A DNA stretch of 45,310 nucleotides from Candidatus Woesearchaeota archaeon (GTDB taxonomy: Archaea; Nanobdellota; Nanobdellia; Woesearchaeales; GW2011-AR9), in NCBI GenBank assembly GCA_018657475.1, contig JABHXC010000028.1:1-45310 (forward strand). The letters are read 5' to 3'. The notes under the pieces were generated by a model. It was not told the origin of the DNA, ran no database searches, and worked only from the letters and a program-made list of their open reading frames with translations. How positions within the stretch are numbered: position 1 is the stretch's first letter; each line of letters opens with the position of its first letter. Position numbers and translations under genes: made by a program. Below are positions 34,828-45,205 of the stretch, piece by piece.

Positions 34828-36881
34828 TGGAAGTAGTAGTTACAAAGATTAAAGAAGTCGTAAAAAGGGACGGCAGAGTTGTAGAATTTCATCCTACAAA
34901 GATAGTTGATGCTATATTTAGGGCAGTACAATCAGTAGGGGGAAGTGACAAAGAAGAAACTAAAAAGATTGCTCAGGAAGTTGTAGAATTATTAGAAATA
35001 CGAGACAAAAAAGATTTGCCAACAGTAGAAGATGTACAAGATTGTGTTGAAAAAGTTCTAATTGAAAAAGGACATGCAAAGACTGCAAAAGCGTTTATTC
35101 TTTTTAGATATAAAAGAAATGAAGAAAGAAAACAGCGCGTGTTTATTTTAGGAAGAGAAAAAGCTAGTGAAAACATGAATTTTTCTAACCAAGCATTAAC
35201 CATTCTTGAAAGGCGTTACTTGATTAAAGATGAACAAGGTAGTCTTTTAGAAACTCCAAAAGGTATGCTGCAAAGAGTTGCACACCATGTTGCTGCAGCT
35301 GATGCTAAATACGGAATTAAAAGAGAGGGGATAAAAAATGCAGAAGAAAGATTTTTTGAAATCATGGCAGATTTACGATTCTTACCAAATTCTCCAACAT
35401 TGATTAATGCAGGAACAGAAGTTCAACAATTAAGTTCTTGTGTTGTGATGCCAATTGAAGACACAATGGAAGGGATCTTTGGAACGTTAAGAGATGCCGC
35501 AATGATTCATCAACAAGGTTCTGGCACAGGATTCAGTTTTTCTAGATTAAGACAAAAAGGTGACAAAGTTGGAACCCATTTAGGAGTTGCTGCTGGGCCA
35601 GTAGCATTCATGCAAGTTTATGATAGAGCATTAGAAGCAATTAAACAAGGTGGTGTTCGTCCTGGAGCAAACATGGCAGTGTTACGAGTTGATCATCCAG
35701 ACATTATTAGGTTTATTGAAGCAAAAAGAAGTCAAAGAGGATTAAAAAATTTTAACATTTCAGTTGGAGTTACTGACAAATTTATGAAAGCTGTACTTGA
35801 AGATAAACAGTACCAATTATTTAACCCTAGATCAGAAAAAACCATTGGTAAATTGCGTGCAAGGGATGTTTTTGCAGTGATAACACAAAATGCTTGGAAA
35901 ACGGGAGATCCAGGACTAGTATTCATTGACGAAATTAACAGAAAACATCCAGGAAAACATCTAGGCATTATTGAAAGTACTAATCAATGTGGGGAAGCAC
36001 CATTATTGCCACATGAAGGTTGTGTACTTGGTTCTATTAATGTTGCAAGACATATTAAAGAAGATTCTATTGATTGGGAATTGCTGAAAAAAACTGTACA
36101 GGCAGCCGTTCACTTTTTAGACAATGTTATTGATCAAAATAAATACGCTAAAAAAGAAATTAGAGAAATGACTAAAAGAACTAGGAAGTTTGGCCTAGGT
36201 GTTATGGGATTGGCTGATTTGTTTTGTTGTTTAAGGATTAAATATGATTCAGAAGAAGGTTTACAATTTGCAGATAAGTTAATGAGTTTCATTAAAGAAT
36301 CAGTTTACTCAACTTCACAAGCATTAGCTGAACAAAGAGGGGTTTTTCCAGCATGGGAAGGATCATCTCATCATCAAGCTGGACAAAAAATGCGTAATCT
36401 TTGTTGTTTATCAATATCTCCCACCGGAACAATTAGTATTCTAGCCGATACATCTTCTGGTTGTGAACCATTATTTGCACTTGCATATCAAAGAAGTGTT
36501 TTAGGAGATACAGAATTAGTTCATGTAAATAAAGTGTTTGAAAAAGTTGCTAAAGAAAAAGGGTTTTATTCTCCAGAATTAATAAGAAAAATGGCAAGAG
36601 TTGGTGGGGTCCAAGGTTTTACAGATGTTCCAAAATCAGTTAGGGAGATATTTGTAACTTCACAAGATATTTTGCCAGAATGGCATGTTAAAATGCAAGC
36701 AACATTACAAAAATATGTAGATAATTCCATATCAAAAACAATCAATTTTCCAAGAAGTGCTTCAATTAGTGATGTAGAACAAGCTTATGTTCTTGCTTGG
36801 AAAATGAAATGTAAAGGAATTACTATCTATAGAGATGGAAGTTATGAAGATCAAGTTTTAACTATTGGTGATGGCGCATGA
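34827..36881 (+). CDS. nrdJ: Second class II ribonucleotide reductase with an N-terminal ATP-cone and no C-terminal Cys tail
   Basis: VVKRDG ATP-cone, FLPNSPTL, QLSSC, QGGVRPGA, TNQCGE, CVLGSIN, SPTGTIS, SKTIN, YRDGS; TAATG coupling to the first RNR gene. Confidence 0.93.
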   Translation: MEVVVTKIKEVVKRDGRVVEFHPTKIVDAIFRAVQSVGGSDKEETKKIAQEVVELLEIRDKKDLPTVEDVQDCVEKVLIEKGHAKTAKAFILFRYKRNEERKQRVFILGREKASENMNFSNQALTILERRYLIKDEQGSLLETPKGMLQRVAHHVAAADAKYGIKREGIKNAEERFFEIMADLRFLPNSPTLINAGTEVQQLSSCVVMPIEDTMEGIFGTLRDAAMIHQQGSGTGFSFSRLRQKGDKVGTHLGVAAGPVAFMQVYDRALEAIKQGGVRPGANMAVLRVDHPDIIRFIEAKRSQRGLKNFNISVGVTDKFMKAVLEDKQYQLFNPRSEKTIGKLRARDVFAVITQNAWKTGDPGLVFIDEINRKHPGKHLGIIESTNQCGEAPLLPHEGCVLGSINVARHIKEDSIDWELLKKTVQAAVHFLDNVIDQNKYAKKEIREMTKRTRKFGLGVMGLADLFCCLRIKYDSEEGLQFADKLMSFIKESVYSTSQALAEQRGVFPAWEGSSHHQAGQKMRNLCCLSISPTGTISILADTSSGCEPLFALAYQRSVLGDTELVHVNKVFEKVAKEKGFYSPELIRKMARVGGVQGFTDVPKSVREIFVTSQDILPEWHVKMQATLQKYVDNSISKTINFPRSASISDVEQAYVLAWKMKCKGITIYRDGSYEDQVLTIGDGA

Positions 36882-37471
36882 AAGTTTATACAAAAGTTGG
36901 TGATAAAGGTAAGACTGCATTTTTTGGATGTGGAATGATACAAAAAGATGATCCACGTATAGAAGCCGTTGGTGCACTAGATGAAGTTAATTCAGTTATT
37001 GGAGTTACACTTTGTTTCATTGAAAATGAGGAATTACGTCGTGTTTTACAAAAAGTACAAAACGATTTATTTCAAGTTGGAGCTGATTTAGCAGGTAGTG
37101 CATTGGAAGCTGATGCACTGCCAAGAATTAGAGAAAGTCATGTTATTGAATTGGAGAAAGCTATTGATAATATTCACGAAAAAGTTGGTGGACAACAAGC
37201 TTTCATTTTGCCAGGAGGTACTAGTGCTAGCTCATTTTTACATCTATGTAGATGTATCACCAGAAGAGCTGAAAGAAGCCTGATTGTTGCCAGTAAAGTT
37301 ATTTCATTGAACCCAGAAATGTTACGTTATGTTAACAGACTGAGTGATTATTTGTTCATGTTAGCTAGAGAAGCAAATAATGAAGTTGACGTTAAAGAAC
37401 AACAACCAATCTATAAATATTTTGATGTAGATAAATCTAAAGATCACAGCACAACAAAGCATATAAACTGA
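36878..37471 (+). CDS. pduO: PduO-type cob(I)alamin adenosyltransferase
   Basis: YTKVGDKGKT, DEVNS, FILPGG, RRAER, NRLSD. Confidence 0.93.
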   Translation: MKVYTKVGDKGKTAFFGCGMIQKDDPRIEAVGALDEVNSVIGVTLCFIENEELRRVLQKVQNDLFQVGADLAGSALEADALPRIRESHVIELEKAIDNIHEKVGGQQAFILPGGTSASSFLHLCRCITRRAERSLIVASKVISLNPEMLRYVNRLSDYLFMLAREANNEVDVKEQQPIYKYFDVDKSKDHSTTKHIN

Positions 37472-37488
37472 TTTTCTTGCTGATAATT

Positions 37489-39882
37489 ATGCTTCTAAAA
37501 CAGTTAACTCTCCAGAACATTCGATCATACACAGATACTGTTGTAAATTTTTCATCAGGGACAACATTATTAGCAGGAGATATTGGTTCTGGAAAATCTA
37601 CAATTCTTCTAGCTATTGAATTTGCTTTATTTGGTACGTCTCGTTCTGATCTTCCCGGGGAGGCACTATTACGAAAAGGAACAGTGAAAGGGTTTGTTGA
37701 ATTGATTTTGTTGATTAATGGACAAGAGATTACTATTCACCGTGCATTAAAAAAAGAAAAAAATGGAATTAAACAGTTAGCTGGTTTTTTATTGGTTAAT
37801 GGGTTAAAAAAAGAATTAACACCTGTTGAATTAAAAGCTGAAGTGATACGATTACTGGGTTATCCTGAAGAGTTTATAACCAAAAACAAGAATTACATTT
37901 TTAGATATACAATATACACTCCTCAAGAATCAATGAAGCAAGTTTTACAAGAAACTGCTGAAATCAGATTAGATTTATTGAGAAAAATATTTAATGTAGA
38001 TAAATATAAGGTTATTAGAGAAAATGTACAATTGTTCTTGAAAAAATTACGGGTAACCTTAGCTGTGTTAAACACAAAATTGGAACCTTTGCCTGAACAA
38101 GAAGAAAAATTTATAGCACTAAAAAATGATATTTCTATAGTTGAAATGAAATTAGAAGAGTTAGTACCAGAAAAATTATTTTATGAAGAAAAGTTGCAGG
38201 GATTTCGGGGAAAATTGGAGAGGGAAAAAGAAAAAGAAAAATTATGTTTAGAAAAAAAGCGTGAGTTACAAACTATCAGTTCTTTAATATTGCATAATAA
38301 AGTGCAACAAGAAAAATTGTTAACTCAGCAAAATGATCTGCAAAGTCGATTAAATGAATTGCAAAAAATTGGAGATAAAGCAGTTATCATAACAAAATTA
38401 GCAGAAGTACAAATTAAAAGAGATGCACACATTACTAAAAAAACACAGATTGAAACAGGAATATTACAAGTACAGCAAAAAATTACAGAAATACAACAAA
38501 ACATTTTTTCTGGCGGAGACATAAGTGAGATATTAGAGAAAAAACAAAATTTATTACAGTTACAACAACAAATTAATGAAAAAGCTGCTGTTGAAGAAAA
38601 ACTTGTTTTGTTAAGTGATCTCTTTACTCACACTACCAGTTTGATCTCTAAAAATTCTACAATATTAGATCAGGCTCAGGAGACTCATGGGCGTCTTAAT
38701 GATTTAGAAGAGTGTCCTACTTGTTTACAAAAAGTACAGGATGAACATAAGTCTAAAGTTCAGCAAAAAGAAGCGGATAAGATTAATCGTTCTGAAAAAT
38801 TACTTGTGGCATTACAAGACAAATTAACTGTGATTTTAGAACAAAAAGCTCAAGAATTAGAAAAACAAACAATAATTCGACAAGCTGAGCAGGAAAAAAT
38901 TAGAAGTGAAGTTGTTTTATCACAAATGGAACAACAAGTAAAGTTAAAAGAAGAATTAAAACAACAGTTAAGAGATAAAGTTAAAGAAAATAACGGTTTA
39001 CAACAAGAGTTACAGCAATTGCCTGGGATGTTAGATCTTGAAAATGAATTGATAGGGCTGCAGAGGCAACAACAAGAAATTTTAGTTTATGAAACAACAC
39101 AAAAAAAGTTATATGAGATAGAATTACAATTTAAAGAAATAGTTGAAAGAAATTTAGAGTTAAACGATAATCAACAAAGTTTACAATTAGAAGCGTCTTT
39201 AGGAGAACATCTTAAAGAAGAGATAATTATCTTAGAGAAAGAATGTGAGATACTACAAAAAAAAGTGACTACAATTGCTGTTGATGTTGCAACTGAAAGG
39301 GCAAACCAAACTTATCTAAATTATGAACTGAAACAAGTTATTAATGAAATTGAAAGATTAAAAAAATTACAAAAAGAACTAATTCACACCAAAGAAAAAT
39401 ATCATTGGTTAGATAGACATTTTCTGCCACTAACTTCAACTATAGAAAAACATGTAATGGCACATATCCATCGTTTATTTAATCAGTTATTTCAAGAATG
39501 GTTCTCTTTATTAATAGATGATGATGCATTAACTGCTCGTTTAGACGATGCTTTTACCCCAATAATTGAACAAAATGGTTATGAAATTTTGTTTGGAAAT
39601 TTAAGTGGAGGAGAAAGAACTTCTGCTTCACTTGCTTACAGATTATCACTAAACAAAGTAATTAATGAGGTTGTACAAGAGATTCAAACCAAAGATTTAT
39701 TGATTTTAGATGAACCAACAGACGGATTTAGTGCTGAACAATTAGATAAAGTTAGAGAAGTATTAGAGTTGTTGGCATTAAAACAGATTATTTTAGTCTC
39801 ACATGAAGCAAAAGTTGAAAGTTTTGTACAACATGTGATTCGTGTGCGTAAAGAACAAAATGTTAGTTTAGTTAGTGTGTAG
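37489..39882 (+). CDS. rad50: Rad50/SbcC SMC-family ATPase
   Basis: GDIGSGKS, Q-loop, coiled coil with CPTC zinc hook, LSGGE, LILDEPT, VSH. Confidence 0.88.
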   Translation: MLLKQLTLQNIRSYTDTVVNFSSGTTLLAGDIGSGKSTILLAIEFALFGTSRSDLPGEALLRKGTVKGFVELILLINGQEITIHRALKKEKNGIKQLAGFLLVNGLKKELTPVELKAEVIRLLGYPEEFITKNKNYIFRYTIYTPQESMKQVLQETAEIRLDLLRKIFNVDKYKVIRENVQLFLKKLRVTLAVLNTKLEPLPEQEEKFIALKNDISIVEMKLEELVPEKLFYEEKLQGFRGKLEREKEKEKLCLEKKRELQTISSLILHNKVQQEKLLTQQNDLQSRLNELQKIGDKAVIITKLAEVQIKRDAHITKKTQIETGILQVQQKITEIQQNIFSGGDISEILEKKQNLLQLQQQINEKAAVEEKLVLLSDLFTHTTSLISKNSTILDQAQETHGRLNDLEECPTCLQKVQDEHKSKVQQKEADKINRSEKLLVALQDKLTVILEQKAQELEKQTIIRQAEQEKIRSEVVLSQMEQQVKLKEELKQQLRDKVKENNGLQQELQQLPGMLDLENELIGLQRQQQEILVYETTQKKLYEIELQFKEIVERNLELNDNQQSLQLEASLGEHLKEEIIILEKECEILQKKVTTIAVDVATERANQTYLNYELKQVINEIERLKKLQKELIHTKEKYHWLDRHFLPLTSTIEKHVMAHIHRLFNQLFQEWFSLLIDDDALTARLDDAFTPIIEQNGYEILFGNLSGGERTSASLAYRLSLNKVINEVVQEIQTKDLLILDEPTDGFSAEQLDKVREVLELLALKQIILVSHEAKVESFVQHVIRVRKEQNVSLVSV

Positions 39883-39955
39883 AAAGATATAATTGACAGA
39901 GAGTATCTATCAGAGTATATAAATAGATATAAATTAGCTCTGTTGTGTTATTTTT

Positions 39956-40504
39956 GTGAAAACTAGAGGTGGAAAAACTAGATGGCCGGATTTGTACACA
40001 CTTATCCGTCAGTTGCAGGTAGTAGATGCACGTGTTGAAGATAACACCCCTTATCAGATATCAAATGATAAAGAATTAGGAATTCTTTTTGCAAGTTTTG
40101 TTAGTGGTGTGAAATCTGGATATTCGCCTTCAATTCTTAAAAATAAGCGTGGAAGTGTTAGTCCACAAGTTATTTCAGAATTTAAAAAGAGATTTGAAAA
40201 ATCTGCTAGAGCTTACTTAGGGACTACAAAACAGGAGCTAGCACTTAGACAGTACACAACTGAAAATTTAGAAGTTGAAGGTTTACCAACAGAATTTTCT
40301 GAAAGATTTTCGCCTAACACAGTAGAATCGCTTGTAGCTAATCTTGCTGAAGATGGACGTTTTGGAGATATAGGTAAAGCTGTTACTGCAGGTGCAAGAT
40401 CTTATCATGACACTTGTCTTTCTGAAGGGCGACCACGTCACTTAATTAGAAGAGAATATGACGCTATAGAGAATAAATTAAAAGAAGTTTCTTCAGAGAG
40501 GTAA
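39956..40504 (+). CDS. Hypothetical protein
   Basis: 182-aa ORF ending 7 bp before PhoH; GTG start uncertain. Confidence 0.6.
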   Translation: MKTRGGKTRWPDLYTLIRQLQVVDARVEDNTPYQISNDKELGILFASFVSGVKSGYSPSILKNKRGSVSPQVISEFKKRFEKSARAYLGTTKQELALRQYTTENLEVEGLPTEFSERFSPNTVESLVANLAEDGRFGDIGKAVTAGARSYHDTCLSEGRPRHLIRREYDAIENKLKEVSSER

Positions 40505-40511
40505 GAAAGTA

Positions 40512-41840
40512 ATGCAAAAAGATTTCGTTCTAGATACTAATGTATTAATTCATGATCCCGGTTCATTATTTAACTTTGAAGATAATAATGTGATAATTCC
40601 TAGAGAAGTTATCCGTGAAACAGATGGACTTAAAAAATCAAGAGGGGATGCAGGTGTTCATGCTAGAGAAGCAAGCAGAATTCTTGAAGGTTTTAGCACA
40701 CAAGGAGATATTAGAAAAGGAATTGAACTGCCTAATGGTGGAACTCTTCATTTTGATTTTAAAACTTTGGAAGATAGTGTGGTGCGCCGTGTTGCGCCTT
40801 ACGGAACTCCAACGGTTGATGATCGGATCTTAGCACGAGCTTTATTAAGGGCGGAAAATAAAGATGGGTTAGTTACATTAGTAACTAAAGATTTGAACTT
40901 ACGTTTGCTTGCTCGAAATGAAGGCGTTACTGCTGATGATTACAATCATGACAAAGTTAGTTTAGATGTACGTGATCTCTTTGGAAGTCAAGAATCAATA
41001 CAAGTATCAGGAGAGATTATTGATTCAATTTTTAGAGGAGAAGAACTTCATGTTGATTGTTTAAAAGATTATTTATCTGATAAATTAGAATGTAATCAAT
41101 ATTTACAATTGCAAGCAGGAAAATCACAATCTGCTCTTGTGAGATATGATTTAATTAATGGTTTAAGATCAGTAAAAAGAATTAAAGGGAGGGGAATTGA
41201 AGGTATTAAATCTCGAAACGCTGCTCAATCATTTCTGTTTGATGCTTGTCTTGACCCGGAAACACTTGCTGTTTCAGCTCTTGGTATTGCTGGAACTGGA
41301 AAAACGTTAATTGCTTTAGCTGCAGGGTTAAATCAAGTTATAGATGAAAAAAATAGAAGATATGATAAAGTGGTAGTAGTGAGACCAATTTCTGAAGTTG
41401 GAGAAAAAGTAGGATATTTACCTGGAGAACTGGAAAATAAAATTGATCCATTCTATGCACCAATAGAAACTGCTCTAAGGAGAATTATTGGTACTGATTA
41501 TGATGATTATAATTATGGTATTAAAGATTTTGTAGAATTTAGACCAATAACATACATCAGGGGAGACACATTAGACAAAAAATATGTTATTGTTGATGAT
41601 GCACAAAATCTTTCACCAAGAAATATTAAAACTATTGTTACAAGAATGGGGGAAGGTGCCAAATTTGTTATGACAGGTGATCCTTTTCAAATAGATAACC
41701 CTTTCCTTGATGAACGTGATTGCGGACTTACCGTTACAACAGAAGAACTGATGAAAAATAAAGTTCCAGAATTTGTCCATGTTATTCTTGGTGAAGTTGA
41801 AAGAAGCAGATTAGCAGAAATTGGTGCAACGTATCTTTAA
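40512..41840 (+). CDS. PIN-PhoH (PhoH2-type) protein
   Basis: PIN VLDTNVL...DDRIL...TKD; GIAGTGKT; GYLPG; RGDTL; DDAQN; GDPFQID. Confidence 0.92.
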   Translation: MQKDFVLDTNVLIHDPGSLFNFEDNNVIIPREVIRETDGLKKSRGDAGVHAREASRILEGFSTQGDIRKGIELPNGGTLHFDFKTLEDSVVRRVAPYGTPTVDDRILARALLRAENKDGLVTLVTKDLNLRLLARNEGVTADDYNHDKVSLDVRDLFGSQESIQVSGEIIDSIFRGEELHVDCLKDYLSDKLECNQYLQLQAGKSQSALVRYDLINGLRSVKRIKGRGIEGIKSRNAAQSFLFDACLDPETLAVSALGIAGTGKTLIALAAGLNQVIDEKNRRYDKVVVVRPISEVGEKVGYLPGELENKIDPFYAPIETALRRIIGTDYDDYNYGIKDFVEFRPITYIRGDTLDKKYVIVDDAQNLSPRNIKTIVTRMGEGAKFVMTGDPFQIDNPFLDERDCGLTVTTEELMKNKVPEFVHVILGEVERSRLAEIGATYL

Positions 41841-42676
41841 TCTAAAACAGCTTCTAAAGATTTAATGCCAACTTCTAACTGTTTATCGGTAGGTTCTTTA
41901 GTAGTTAGACGTTGTAACCATAATCCCGGAGTTATGAAGATTTTCATTATTGGATTTTTGCAATATTTACCACTAAATTTGATAATTTCATAACCTATGC
42001 CAGCAATTACAGGAATTAGAACAAGTCTTCCCAATAACTCTACCCACCAAGGGCCTCTTAAAAGTGAAAAAATAATAATAGATAAAACTAATACAATTAC
42101 AATGAAAGAAGTTCCACATCTTGGATGGAACCGAGAATATTTTCTTACATTTTCTGGAATAAGTTCTTCTTTAGCTTCATAACAAGCAATAGTTTTATGT
42201 TCTGCACCGTGATATTGAAACAAAATTCTAATATCTTTCATTAATGAAATTAAAGCCAGATAAGCAATGAAAAGCGCTACTCTAAAAATTCCATCCAGGA
42301 CATCAAACCATACCCCTTCTGAATGGATCAATTTTGCAAATAGGAAAGGTAAACCGACAAATACTCCAAAAGCAAAAATAAATGAAAGTGCTACTGTCCA
42401 GGTTACTTCCCCTTTTTTAAGTTCCTCTTCTTCCTCAAGTTGTTGATTAGAACTCCAAATTAACGCTCTAACACCATCATATAACATAAACCACAAACCA
42501 ATAATTCCCCTCAAAAAGAATTTGTTAAAAATTTTGGGATATTTAGTTGTTTTTTCTTTTCTAACTTTTATTTCACCATTTTGAAGCCTAACAGCTACAG
42601 CAAATTTATCTTTATTGCGCATCATAACGCCTTCAATAACTGCTTGCCCCCCGATGTTCATAATAGTCTTGGACAA
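41837..42676 (-). CDS. DUF1385 family membrane protein
   Basis: GGQAVIEGVMM, YHGAEHK, HPRCGTSF, LQRLTTKEP. Confidence 0.9.
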   Translation of the reverse strand: MSKTIMNIGGQAVIEGVMMRNKDKFAVAVRLQNGEIKVRKEKTTKYPKIFNKFFLRGIIGLWFMLYDGVRALIWSSNQQLEEEEELKKGEVTWTVALSFIFAFGVFVGLPFLFAKLIHSEGVWFDVLDGIFRVALFIAYLALISLMKDIRILFQYHGAEHKTIACYEAKEELIPENVRKYSRFHPRCGTSFIVIVLVLSIIIFSLLRGPWWVELLGRLVLIPVIAGIGYEIIKFSGKYCKNPIMKIFITPGLWLQRLTTKEPTDKQLEVGIKSLEAVLD

Positions 42677-42697
42677 TTCAGGTATATAAAAGTTACC

Positions 42698-45124
42698 TTA
42701 AAAGAATTTACCAAGCCCTTGCTGGCTACTTTCTGAGATAATATCGTCCTCTGAATATCCCAAAACTGCAAAAATACTACTAACTACAGGCAATAACTGT
42801 TGTTTTAGATAGTAATTGATATCATAATTTTCTACTTCGTCTGGGATTTTTGCTCGTTCCCTTACTAAACCTGATCCTTTTGCAATAACGTATTCTATGA
42901 TGCTGCCTGGTCCTACTTTTTTGCCCTGTGCAATTAATTGTTTTGCAACAGACACATGTGGGCCAACACTAGTATACTTGTCTACTGGACGAGTTAATTG
43001 CGTTTTTAGGATTAGTTGTTTTAATGGAATTTTTCCTTCTTTCAATTTTTTAGCTACATCTCGTACATAGATTAGTGCCTCTTTTTCATTTCCCTTCAGA
43101 ACTTCTTGTAAAACATGCTGTTGTACTTCTTTAGCTAGAGGTGACCAATTTCTTCTCACAAACTCAAAACCGGTGATTTTTAGCTTTCCATTTTTTTGAA
43201 GTAATGCATATTTTTTCTTAGCACCTTTCTTTGTACCTTTTGTAGCAACAAAAATTCCTTTTGGAAAGTAACCTTCAAACTCTAGTTCCATATGCCCAGG
43301 AAGATCAAAATTAACTTCGTTCATGAAAGCCAAAGCATCATCTAACTTTTGTTTGCCAAGAATCAGAAAACAAGAATCAGTATCTGCATAAATTACTTTG
43401 AATCCTTTCTGTTCTGCCTTATGAATAGTTTGTTTGATATAATCTCTTGCATAGGCAGTTGTAGAAGCTGCACAACCAAAACAATACCATCTAGCTCCAA
43501 AGAATCCAAGATAACCATAAAATGAATTTGCAAGAATTTTCAAAGCAAATGATCTGGCATCTAGCATCCCAGTGGGTTCATCTTTTTCTTTCTGTCCTTT
43601 GATTAATCTTTTAACGCCAGTTCTTCTAAGAATAATATGTTCTAGTACAGAAGGAAGAAAACTCTTCTTTTCTTGACAGAACCAATATTGTTCTCTTTCA
43701 GGAACATGTTGTTTGTCTTTACAACAATCACATTGGAAACCTTCTGGGCCGATATTATGTGCAGTAATAATTGTTGGATACAATGAACTGAAATCAAACA
43801 CCACAATTTCTTCATAGATATTAGGTGTGGGTTGGAAAACAAAAGCTCCCTGGATATGTTCTTCCATCCTTCTTTCTAACTCTTGACCGGTTGCTTTATT
43901 TGGAGCAATAACATTCTTTTTAATTGATTGTTTAAGAATATAATTCTCTACCAATTTGCCATAACGCATTCTTGACAAATCGTAGGGAGGAAGTGCAATT
44001 AACTTAGTAAACTCAATAAGAATTGGAAAAATATGTTGACATAGATCAAATGTTAACTTAGCGTCTTGTAAATTGTAAGCACAGTAACTTGCAAGTTCTT
44101 CAGGATGGTTATCCCAATTTTTTGATAGATCATCTAAATTAACGTCATGTTTTTTATGGCCTAATAATTCTTCAGCCACTGCATTTAATGAAAATGAATC
44201 TGTTTTAAGATTTTGACCAAGAATTTGTTTAATAAATGTATGAACATCTAAATGAACCCTACCGGTAACTTTAGCTTCATTACTGTGAAAACCTCTCCCT
44301 GAACGAATAAACAAATTACTGTTGTTTACACCTAGAATCATAGATAGATCATATTTCTTTGCTCGTGTGTCAATATAAGGAAAGTCAAATTTATCGGAGT
44401 AATAACCTGTTATAAATTCTGGATCTTGTTCATTAATAATTTCGCTAAATCTTTTTAACATTGCTTCTTCATCTTTAAGAACTTCAACATAATCAAAATC
44501 ATGAGGGAAATCTTTCCAGGTTAAAACTTTTTTGAAATTGTTGCTGTAAAGTGCAATCATTAGAATTGGATTTTTTTCAGGGTTAATTTCTTTATCTTTA
44601 GCGTAAGTTTCTATGTCTACAGCTAGCACATTCCACTCTTGAGGCATATCTTTTCCAAGATCTTCCACATTTGTTGCATGAAATATTGGAAGGGGTTTTT
44701 GGGTAAGAAATTCTCCAGTAACTTTAACTTTTGTTAATGGCGTGATTTTGTTATCTCTAAGATATCTGTGTGTATAAAGAATATCTTTCTCATAGCAAGG
44801 AATATTATCTTCAACTAGATGTTTTGATAAAATAGGAACGGCTTTAGGATAATTAACATAAATTTTCCAGAATTGTTGTTCTTGACCTAAAAGTTCAAGA
44901 TTGATTTCTTCAATTTTTGTAATCTTTGCTGCTTCTTTTTTTGTAGGAACAGTTAAACCATTGTAAGGGAAAGTTTCAGTAGTTTTTTTTGCATAAAAAA
45001 AAGCAGGGTGTTCATGAACAACACATATTTTTTCATGATCAGTAGTTTTACCGTACAGATACATAAACGTTTTTTCTTTTTCAACTCTGTACTCAAAATC
45101 GTAAGGATAAAAGATGATTTCCAT
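42698..45124 (-). CDS. polB: Archaeal family B DNA polymerase
   Basis: Exo motifs DIET, FDFPY, YNLQD; Pol motifs DFSSLYP, KILANSFYGY, YADTDS; PIP-like QQGLGKFF. Start could be 45124 or 45130. Confidence 0.95.
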   Translation of the reverse strand: MEIIFYPYDFEYRVEKEKTFMYLYGKTTDHEKICVVHEHPAFFYAKKTTETFPYNGLTVPTKKEAAKITKIEEINLELLGQEQQFWKIYVNYPKAVPILSKHLVEDNIPCYEKDILYTHRYLRDNKITPLTKVKVTGEFLTQKPLPIFHATNVEDLGKDMPQEWNVLAVDIETYAKDKEINPEKNPILMIALYSNNFKKVLTWKDFPHDFDYVEVLKDEEAMLKRFSEIINEQDPEFITGYYSDKFDFPYIDTRAKKYDLSMILGVNNSNLFIRSGRGFHSNEAKVTGRVHLDVHTFIKQILGQNLKTDSFSLNAVAEELLGHKKHDVNLDDLSKNWDNHPEELASYCAYNLQDAKLTFDLCQHIFPILIEFTKLIALPPYDLSRMRYGKLVENYILKQSIKKNVIAPNKATGQELERRMEEHIQGAFVFQPTPNIYEEIVVFDFSSLYPTIITAHNIGPEGFQCDCCKDKQHVPEREQYWFCQEKKSFLPSVLEHIILRRTGVKRLIKGQKEKDEPTGMLDARSFALKILANSFYGYLGFFGARWYCFGCAASTTAYARDYIKQTIHKAEQKGFKVIYADTDSCFLILGKQKLDDALAFMNEVNFDLPGHMELEFEGYFPKGIFVATKGTKKGAKKKYALLQKNGKLKITGFEFVRRNWSPLAKEVQQHVLQEVLKGNEKEALIYVRDVAKKLKEGKIPLKQLILKTQLTRPVDKYTSVGPHVSVAKQLIAQGKKVGPGSIIEYVIAKGSGLVRERAKIPDEVENYDINYYLKQQLLPVVSSIFAVLGYSEDDIISESSQQGLGKFF

Positions 45125-45205
45125 TATCATTTCAGGGTTTGGCTGTTTTTTAAAAGTTCTGTATTTTAAGAGAAGATTTTTATAGATTCGTTCCCTGTAA
45201 CTAAT

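Noticed and set aside
5699-43842. Other short ORFs nested in or antisense to long genes (e.g. 5699, 8210, 9947, 15431, 16077, 17671, 21109, 24435, 30118, 32229, 34973, 35732, 37098, 38325, 40615, 41997, 43642)
   Set aside because: They overlap well-supported genes and show no motifs
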